Origin: Trichinella spiralis
Taxonomy: Eukaryota
DNA: 20,000 nucleotides
Reading direction: 5' to 3'
Assembly: GCF_000181795.1 (NCBI RefSeq)
Contig: NW_003526943.1
Span: 2,148,266-2,168,265 of the forward strand
The position numbers were made by a program, and so were the translations under genes. The first letter of the stretch is position 1; each line of letters starts with the position of its first letter. The notes beneath the pieces were generated by a model. That model worked only from the letters and a program-made list of their open reading frames with translations. It had not been told where the DNA came from and ran no database searches. Positions 11,745 through 20,000 of the stretch are shown in pieces.

Positions 11745-11751
11745 TTTTATA
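11745..11751 (-). promoter_or_regulatory. Candidate TATA box of glutaredoxin B
   Basis: TATAAAA on the - strand, 36-42 nt upstream of the ATG at 11709, followed by TCAGT/TCAGCT initiator-like motifs. The AT-rich background makes this weak. Confidence 0.35.
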
Positions 11752-13294
11752 CAGTATTGCAAAGATGATTAAGTGATCATGTACTGAATAATTTAAAGCT
11801 ACGAACTATTTTTATTGCTTAATTATTACTTGTTACGTCATTTCTTAAATTTGATTTAAACTGCTTTTGATTTCATAAAACGTTCAATGAGCACGTTTAT
11901 TAAGAAAAACAAATAATGAAATTTGTTAGTAATGATATGTAATAATCATAAAAAGAGGAAATATAATATGAGGCCATGACACCTCACATTATAAAATCAG
12001 GCACAAGTATTTTATTATAAAATGGGATTAAATTTACCATTAATTAATAGAAAAAGTGAAATTCTTATACTTCTCAAAATTATAGTTTAACATAAAATTA
12101 CATTTTAACTCTTGTGAACTTTAAATTAAATTAAATGCTCACTTTCGTAACTTTTATAATTTCAATTATTTGATGAATAACTGGTTTTTAAAACATTCAA
12201 TGGATTTTTGATAAGATAAATATCATGCAGGTTTAAAATCGGGAATTTTTTTACACAACTGGATTAGCTTCTATAATTTGTGTATTGAAGTATTGACTTT
12301 ACAATCTACCTTAGTTGTGAGTGTTCACTATTATAACGTCAAAAGAATTATTTCTTTCATAAAATACTGCTGAAAATGCAACGGCATACTTTATACACAA
12401 TAACTTTTGCTTTTCTTAATGCTTAGTAAATTTCTTATTTATTTTTCAAACTCAAATTGTACCAACCGAACAATACATGGCTTTATTATATTCAAATGGA
12501 CTTAAAATTTGAAATAATTTCTAAAATAATTATTTCAGATAAAAATGGGCAATATTCATTTTATTTACATTATTCATGTTGTTAATTCATCTAAATTGTA
12601 AATTCACTAATTAGAGAGCACTGAATATTGCTTTTTATAATAAATATGTAAAACGTAAATTACATAAATATTTCAAAAAATAATAAATTAATTAAAAATA
12701 CATTATAAACCTTTTAAATCACATTTGTGAAAATTTTCTTGATTAAATCTTAATATTGTCATATTTATTGTTTTTTGACACTTATTTGTTTCATGATAAT
12801 TCTTTGATTAATGCATAATAATGTAATTTTTGCTAAGTAAAAGTGACTGGTCATTTGCACTATCCTGATCACAACTGAATTGAAACTGGAAATTCATACG
12901 GCTATTGAAATGAACAATTTTCCCACTGTAAACAACTGATTTTTTCATTTATTTTCAATGCCTTTGTCAGAATTTAGCTAGGATATAATATTATACCTAT
13001 ATATATACTGATTTATATAATGCTATGTATTCTTGCTGATGTATGTTGAAGTAATAAGGTATATTGTCTTTTTTCTCATTTCACTTTTGTAGATAGAAAA
13101 TAATTTCCTTTTTTATAATATATATTTAAATATGTTTGCATTTCTTTAATTAATACATTTTTATTCAATATTTATTTCAAATTTCAGTTTCATAACAGTA
13201 AGTTTTGCTTATGTTTGATGTTTCTGATGACAAATAAAGCAAATAATCTATTTTATCAACTTTTCTCTTTACCGCATACCGTTGCGAATTACTT

Positions 13295-14472
13295 CCCTTC
13301 TGCCATTAGAGTTGCTTTATTAATGAAAGTCTATATAAAGAAAACATTATGAGCCCTCAGAGGGTCTTTTTAACCCAGTGTATTATAAGTAATTGCATCT
13401 TTCAACCATACTTATTTATAATAATTAATTAGTTATAATGTGAGTGAGTTGGCTGAACTCACTCTTTGGTGCGGATATGGTGGTTTCTCTTCTTCTTTGG
13501 TTCTCAAAGGCCGCAACATAACGACGGATAAATTTTTCACCAACGTGGGTCTGGCGGAGGAACTTTTGGCTGGAAATACAAGTATGGTTGGCACACTGCG
13601 AAAAAATGAAAGCGATATCTCTCCAAAAATAGCCATCACTGGAGGACTTCCGTTTGGGTCCTCTCATTTCAATCTTGATAGCAAACTTACACTATTAAAT
13701 TACGTATCAACAAATAATCGGTGCATCCTACTGTTATCCACCATGCCCCATGAAAGAAAGGTCTGCCCAGAAGAGGACGACAAACCAGAAATTGTTTTAA
13801 GCTATAATGATACAAAGTCTGGTGTAGACAACTGGACCATCTGATGCGGCTCTACTCCTATAAGCGACGGAATCATCGATAGCTCATGGTATTATTCTTG
13901 AATATGCTCGATGTCGCATGAAGGGCTGTGAATGTAATACCGACAGCCAGACATCCCAAGTGGAATGCCAAACGGTCACATCGTAGACGGTTATTTCAGT
14001 TGGAATGCGGATGAAATCTTGCAGGAAGTACACTGAAAAGTGAAGAGCAGAAAATTCACTGAGCAGTTTGTCCGGGCAAATAAAAAAACTTTAAAAGCAC
14101 TTGGGGCTAACATCGACTCCCCTGCACAGAAAAACTGACTACAAGCTAAAAAGCACTGCATCTCCTGCAGTCGCACCAGAAATAAGAAAGTTAGACACTG
14201 CTGTGAATTATGTCGACGCTGCGCTGCATACAGCACGCCCACAAAATCTGTCCTAACTGCTATCACAGGTCAAACATCTCCACATATATGTCACTTCAAA
14301 TATAATAAATATGTCTGCGTCAAAAATTATTATTAATAAAGTCTATAATAGCTTCAAAGTACAATTTCAGTGAACTCAATAACATAAGATGAAAAACATT
14401 CATGTCTGGGGCCCAAAAGACCCCAAAGATTCAAATATATGCATGGTGTGAATCAATGGTGGTGAAGGTCAA
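13295..14472 (+). mobile_element. Degenerate, internally deleted piggyBac DNA transposon (~1.1-1.2 kb)
   Basis: It contains a piggyBac transposase remnant. A subterminal inverted pair GGGTCTTTTTAACCC (13362-13376) and GGGCCCAAAAGACCC (14409-14423) matches at 12/15 positions as reverse complements. There is a weak terminal match between CCCTTCTGCCATT (13295) and AATGGTGGTGAAGG followed by TCAA (ending ~14472, a possible decayed TTAA). Boundaries are approximate; TTAA-CCC at 13370 is an alternative left end. Confidence 0.75.
13503..14304 (+). pseudogene. piggyBac transposase (DDE_Tnp_1_7 / PGBD4-like) C-terminal half, with frameshifts and stops
   Basis: The first frame reads KGRNITTDKFFT..LAEELL..MVGTLRKN..LLLSTM.H..KPEIVLSYNDTKSGVD, which includes the 2nd and 3rd catalytic Asp motifs. 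After a frameshift near 13830 it continues LDHLMRLYSYKRRNHR*LMVLFLNMLDVA*..HPKWNAKRSHRRRLF. A broken C-terminal Cys-rich domain follows: KKHCISCSRTRNKKVRHCCELCRR / CIQHAHKICPNC. Confidence 0.92.
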
Positions 14473-15077
14473 TGACAGCTTGAAAGTCAAGGTAACAAAC
14501 ACATTTATGCATTTTTCATCATGTAATAAAATTATATCATAGCTCTATTTAATATTACATTTTTCATTCAAACATCCATTTATAAAAGATTCCATAAACT
14601 AAGATTATCAATGCATCAGCGCTCTATGGAGTGAACGCATTTTAATAAGTTTGTTGAATTTCAGTTTGTAAAATTAAAAGAAAAGGCAAAGTAACACTAA
14701 AAATATTTAATTAATTATCAATAAATTAAATTCCAATAATAATATTTACAGTTAACTAAAATTTTCGCAATATAATTAATACATTTTTCTAACAAAACCA
14801 ATGATACTAAAAAGTATAAGCATTACCTTGTCATTTAATAAATAAAAGTTATTAATCATTTATATTAAAAATTTTTGCAGTTGCACACTAAAAAATCTCC
14901 GCAAACATGTAGATAAATAAAATTTTCACAATACTTTCGCTTTATTACAATAATCGGAAAATAAAACTAGTATAGAAAGAAAATTGCATGCAACTTTGCA
15001 CACGCAAATACTGTTATATAAGCATAATAATATTAAAATGCAGCCAGTTTAATTGTACACATTTACTTTAAAAAAAA

Positions 15078-15482
15078 TTAATCTACTAAGCCAAGTTCTT
15101 CCAGCATTCGACCAAGTTCTCCGCTCTGATGCAATTTCGTCATATTGTCACAACCGCCAATACATTTTCCATTGATAAATATACGTGGAACCTATCAATT
15201 AAATTGTACAATTTAATATTTATTTGACTATATTATTATTAGACTTATTATTTAAACTTTATTTACTGTTCTTGCCCCCGTTATGTTTTGAAATACTTCT
15301 TTGAGTAGTTCTTCGTCAGGGCGACCATCCAGTTCAACAATGGTGTACTTTTCTTTCGGCAGTTCATAAAAATTAAACATTTCCTTTACTCTGGTACAAT
15401 ATGGGCATGTCAACTTAGAAAACACAGCGACTGGGTATTTTTGCACTGTCTCCAAGATAAACTGCCTGGCCATTTCACTCAT
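15078..15482 (-). CDS. GLRX: Glutaredoxin paralog C, canonical dithiol class I (CPYC), 109 aa
   Basis: Exon 1 is 15482-15267 (72 codons), the intron is 15266-15192 (75 nt) and exon 2 is 15191-15078. Translation: MSEMARQFILETVQKYPVAVFSKLTCPYC...ITGART|VPRIFINGKCIGGCDNMTKLHQSGELGRMLEELGLVD*. All canonical Grx1 motifs are present (K..CPYC, TVP, GGCD). In-frame TGA codons lie upstream of the ATG. Confidence 0.95.
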
Positions 15483-15914
15483 TCTTCATCAGTTCAAACT
15501 AAACAAAACAACATTGATTACAGTAATTATGGACATTCATGCAAAATTATGATATCGACTTAGAGCTTTCTTTTAAAATTCATTTTTCTTATTTAATTTG
15601 ATAAAAATTTAATTTATTCTGTTCTTGTTTATTAAAATTTTTTACTTTCACAAGCAAATAATTTGAACAATAAAATTACCATAAAATAATCATTTTAACT
15701 TGCATTTTAGTAACAAGCAATTTTTGTATGTTATACTGAATGCGAATGTTATGGATTTGTTGCAAAATAGTATTATCATAATTTTTAAAAATTTTATAAA
15801 GCATTTTTACTGTTAATGTATTTTATGACGTATTAAAAATATAACTGTTTTACCAGCAAATATTTATACATTTCGAATGCATGAGAAATACTTTAGTTAA
15901 CTTTGATATGACGA

Positions 15915-16612
15915 ATGAGTTGCACTGGATGTGCTCGGAAGTTCAAGCTTACGCGTACAGAAAAGTCTTGCACGCAATGTCATTTTGTTTACTGTTCGAA
16001 ATGCTTAAAATCAGGCTTATGCAATCGTTGCCTGCATGGTGATAAGTAAGGAACTCTTTTGCAATCTTATTTTTTGTAAAACATTATAATGTATAGGGTT
16101 ATTCCTGAACCCCCTGAAAGATTTCTCAGAAAAATTGATTTCCAAAATGAACGGGGAGGATCGAGTTTGCGCTCTCTGACTTCGCACGAAAATCTTACTC
16201 GGCCAGCTCATTGCAGTGCAAATGAAAAGGATGAATTACTGCAAAAACGATTGGATGCACTAAGGGAAACAACAAGCGCACCTTCAAATTCATGTAACTA
16301 ATGTTCAGTTAAATTTGTATCTTGTCTAACTTTTTTTAATTTTCGAATATATTTTTGTATGAATAGGTAATACTATGAGCGAGACTGCGACAGGGAAAAC
16401 AAATTTGATCCACGTGAGTCAAAAATATACTTATTAGTTTCTGTTTAAGAAAATAATAATTTTAGTGCAAAGAACTGACAGATGCTGAAAAAGTGCAGCA
16501 GATTATGAAGCAAACAGTGGATGAAGTGAAACTAGATAAAGAACTGAAAGTTGAAGGTGAAAAAATCGACAAACAACTGGAAGAACGTTTGGCTAGATTA
16601 CGCATGCCATGA
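15915..16612 (+). CDS. ZFYVE19: ZFYVE19/ANCHR (abscission/NoCut checkpoint regulator)-like protein, short form, 173 aa
   Basis: Exons are 15915-16045, 16097-16293, 16367-16413 and 16466-16612 (phases 2, 1, 0, all consistent). The N-terminal FYVE-type finger MSCTGCARKFKLTRTEKSCTQCHFVYCSKCLKSGLCNRC resembles ZFYVE19 (CYGCAVKF..KEYGCKNC..FCSGCL). It is followed by PPERFLRKI (compare PPQNYKKRV), DELLQKRLDALR, TDAEKVQQIMKQTVDEVKLD and a terminal DKQLEERLARLR. Exon 1 is absent from the ORF track. Confidence 0.8.
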
Positions 16613-17091
16613 CTTTATTCATTTCACCTTCAGCATGTAAAATGTTAATTCATGTGAAGAAACGTCTGCTCAAGTTGTTTTATGAACAAATATCTGTATA
16701 GGTTTAACGTTTGTTTTCGTTCATATATAGAAATCACAAAATCACTTTGAGCATCTGCTTTGTTTACACTCTTATTCTCTGTTATATCGAGTAATTGCTT
16801 GGGAAATAAATTTATGTCTAAATCAGAGTTAAATTGAAGTTCAATTAAAATAAATTGCAAAACGAACACTTTCAAGCGTTTGTTTGCCGGAATGAAGTTA
16901 TTGCTCTACAGTAATTTTTAATGTACTTAAAAATCATTAATTACTATACTTCATTTTAATAAAATATTGAGTTAAATATGAATTTGAAAAAGCGTTTTGA
17001 TTCATGTTGATTGATGATTTTCATAAGTATTTTTGGCAAGGAAAAGGTGCAGTTTTAGTTACATTTTGCGATTTTAACTGTAGGGAACGAA

Positions 17092-17955
17092 ATGGATCAG
17101 AAAACGAAACTTGAAGCTGAAGCAGAATTTAGAAGAAAGCGCCTTGAAGAAATGAAGAAAATGATGAAGCAGGATGGCAGTGAAAGTAGTAATTCTGAAA
17201 ATGATGAAGTTGCTGATGAAGCTCTTGCATTGGAAGAGGAAGAAGATACTGAATCTACTGCGAAGGAAAATACCGAAACGAAGTAATGCTAATTGCTTTC
17301 TTTTGGTTAATTTTTAAAATAATAATTATCAGATCATTAGTATTTCGAAATTACTTGCCAGTTAGCGAAAATTTGAAAGCGGTTGTCAGAGAGCCAGCAA
17401 AGCCAGAAGATGGTAATTGTACTACTTTTTTGTGGTTTTATGATTTTATATGAATGCAAACGTTTTAGTTATCGAAGAGCTGCGTGTTGATATTGAGCAA
17501 GCGACAAATGTTGATAATTCTGGGGAGATTGTAAGAATGGTTTTACAGCGTAATTTCTTTTAAATGTATTTTTGTTTTTCTAGGATTTGAATTCTCTTGC
17601 ACCAAGAAAAATTGATTGGGATTTAAAGCGAGATTTACAATTAAAGTTAGATAAACTTGAAAGAAGAACGCAGAAAGCGATCGTGCAAATTATAAGTATA
17701 CTATTTCAAAAAAAATTCTGTTATTCAGTTTTCAATCTATCTTATTGAACAATTGTTTTTAAACTTTTAAGAAATATTTATAAAATCCCTGCGAATAAAT
17801 AGTACTGTTTTCTTTGTTTATTTTATTTTTATAACTAAGGATTTTTATTTGCTTTAGGTGAAAGATTGAAAGCTGGAAATAATGATTTGCTTTTATCTGC
17901 AGTAAATTCGAATGCTGAAGCTGTTGTTGACAGCCATATGTCTGATGATGACTAA
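17092..17955 (+). CDS. CCDC12: Coiled-coil domain-containing protein 12 / Cwf18 splicing factor, 180 aa
   Basis: Exons are 17092-17282, 17333-17412, 17469-17530, 17584-17695 and 17858-17955. Cwf18 signatures: LEAEAEFRRKRL, LVFRNYLP, IDLNSLAPRKIDWDLKRD..KLDKLERRTQKAIVQIISERLK. Confidence 0.95.
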
Positions 17956-19044
17956 AAGCTGAATTATGTATTGGTTGTACTTGTATATCATTATGCATTA
18001 ATTGAGAAAATGATAACTGGAGCAAGAGGAAATTGAGCAATATATAAAACTCATTGTCTCTAAAAGGACAAGCCTTTGTACGGCTGTCAGTTTTTTGTTT
18101 TGTTAATATGTCAGTTTTTTATGTCAGAAAATGTGAAAACTATCACTTATTTTTAAATTAAAATTATAAAGTGCATTATTAGCAACTTTGAAATTATTAA
18201 AACCCAACATTCTTTATGTAGTTTGCCTCCTTTTTGATTATTTATATACAATGCTAAAAAATATTTACAATAAATTGTTAGAAATCATGATAATTTTATA
18301 ATTTTTTTCAGTTTTGCATTTGCTTCGATTCAAGCTATTTACAGTAAGATTCATTTGTGCATATACTTTTTTCATGGTAATGGAAATACATTTTGATTTA
18401 AGAAAAGTAAGATTTCATGAATATACTTTTCACATAATTTTTTAGAATATACAAATATATGTTGATAACAGTGTAACAAAGTGAATTACCTTATTTTAGT
18501 TACTAAAGAATTTACAGTATATTAATTCAAAATTATAACTTTTGTTGATAATTTTTATTTGTAATTATATGCTGCATGAGAAATTGAATGTATATGTAAT
18601 TCAGTACATACAATTTTCCTGGAAAATATTTTCTTCTCAAAAAGGTGCTCTTTTTCAGTTTTTAATGTAGTCTGTTTAATTTATATTTACAATAAAATGT
18701 AATATTATAATACGCCAATATTTGATATAACGTTCCAATTGTTGGTTGTTTATAAAAGTTTCTTAAAAGGAGTTAAAATCAATTTGCTCTTGTTGGATGA
18801 CAACTGCCCTGTCAAACTAACCTTGCATTTTCAGCTTTGATTCTTTTATCTGATTTTTACGATAGACAGATATCATTTATATGGTTTGTATAGTATTGTC
18901 TGATTTATAATTTTGTTGTATATAAAAATAGCTAACATAACGGTTATGCCTGTAATTATATTTCAGCAGTCAACAATCTCGAATGTAGATTCTGGAAAAA
19001 GCGACAAATTGTTTCGGGATGGTCCAGACAGGCCTCACTTTTCA

Positions 19045-19222
19045 CTTATTGGTCGTTGACCGCGCTATTTTATTGGGCCGTCAAGTCGTTGTCTTATTGG
19101 TTTTCCTTGTCTAATTGCTCATTGATTCAAATCTTTCCCTTGTGATTAGCTGTAATATATTTTTATTTCATTGGTTCAAATATTCCATTTAGGATTACGT
19201 CACTTTAATAGTAGTGACGTAA
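19045..19222. repeat. Periodic ATTGG (reverse CCAAT) array, 24-25 bp period, ending in a 10-bp inverted repeat
   Basis: ATTGG-like cores start at 19048, 19072, 19096, 19121 (ATTGA), 19145 (ATTAG) and 19170. The inverted repeat is TTACGTCACT (19195-19204) / AGTGACGTAA (19213-19222). Confidence 0.7.
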
Positions 19223-20000
19223 CATAAAAAATGGAAATATTTATTATTCCAAAATTTTATTGTGTCTGTTTGAAGTTTCGTCATTTATTGAAATTCTGTT
19301 TATTTAAATATATTATTTGTGGTGAAGTTTATACTTTTTCATGATCAGCATTTCTGAAAATAATTTTTATCATTGTTCTCTATTTTATTGTACCAAAGTG
19401 ACGTTATATCAAATGCGATAGTAATAATTCAGAAAAAAACAATACAAAAAATAAGTTAAATGGTGATTTTTATTTTTAACTAGCCAACAGCACCAACAAC
19501 AACAGTAATACAATAGGTCTATTACCGATTTCCCTCCTGATATATAAATCTGCTCCCACTGTTTGTAAATAAATTTGTTGCCTGTTGAAATTTATCAAGA
19601 TTGGATGTTGACTTCCGGGTGTAATGTCAGAATACTGAATAATCTGTTTGAAAAATCTGGAATGTTGTAGCAACACTTCAAATTTCCGGGTTACAAATGG
19701 CACTGATGCTAACGTTGCGCGTTAGCTCGCAATTTCACTTAATTTTACGCATGATTAAACGCATATGCCTTTGTGAAACATTCTTCGCGTTTCTCGTCAC
19801 ATCATATATGTTGGTAAAGGTGATTTTAATACAAATGGAAAATTCCTCTATTTGACAATTGTACACAGTTGCAGCTTTCAAGCTAAACCATGGAGTGACA
19901 ACTACTAAATTGTTAGCATCTGATTAATTTCTTGATTTTACTGGGAGTGTTCTATTTAAATCTTTCTTGTCTACAATCTAAGAATTTTACTTTAATAATT

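Noticed and set aside
9500..13250. Additional decayed Grx copies or ncRNA genes in the AT-rich spacers, including ORF 10945-11190
   Set aside because: No CxxC/TVP/GG remnants or tRNA, snRNA or SL-RNA signatures were recognised by eye. A tBLASTn or Infernal search would be needed to exclude them.
13440..13844. 134-aa ORF as a domesticated PGBD4-like gene
   Set aside because: It lacks the N-terminal half and first catalytic Asp, and homology continues past a frameshift and several stops, so it is a dead transposase.
19045..19200. CRISPR-like repeat-spacer array
   Set aside because: The context is eukaryotic, the conserved core is only ~5 bp and there are no cas genes.
19476..19703. 75-aa minus-strand ORF
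   Set aside because: It has a non-ATG start, the Leu run comes from a (CAA)n repeat, and no homology was recognised.

Overview
AT-rich, intron-dense eukaryotic DNA from a nematode. It is most likely a clade I (Trichinella-like) species, inferred from the nematode-type GRK-2 C-terminus, many 45-110 nt introns and the near absence of the C. elegans TTTTCAG acceptor consensus. The ORF track misses most of the real structure, so genes were rebuilt by hand from GT-AG junctions with phase checks. From left to right the window holds: (1) a GRK-2/beta-ARK gene with 18 coding exons (2419-6492, +), whose first ~63 codons are not found in the window; (2) a 158-aa secreted protein with two 6-Cys modules, ShKT-like (7278-8080, +); (3) three tandem glutaredoxin paralogs on the - strand with an identical 72-codon first exon but different active sites (CPYS; CRYC plus a Cys-rich tail; canonical CPYC); (4) an internally deleted, dead piggyBac element between the second and third Grx genes; (5) a miniaturised ZFYVE19/ANCHR-like gene (FYVE-type finger, two MIM1 motifs, no B-box) head-to-head with the canonical Grx; (6) CCDC12/Cwf18, possibly in an operon with the ZFYVE19-like gene; (7) a non-coding array of ATTGG-like (reverse CCAAT) motifs spaced 24-25 bp apart and ending in a 10-bp TGACGTAA inverted repeat. 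The most interesting element is the diversified glutaredoxin cluster.
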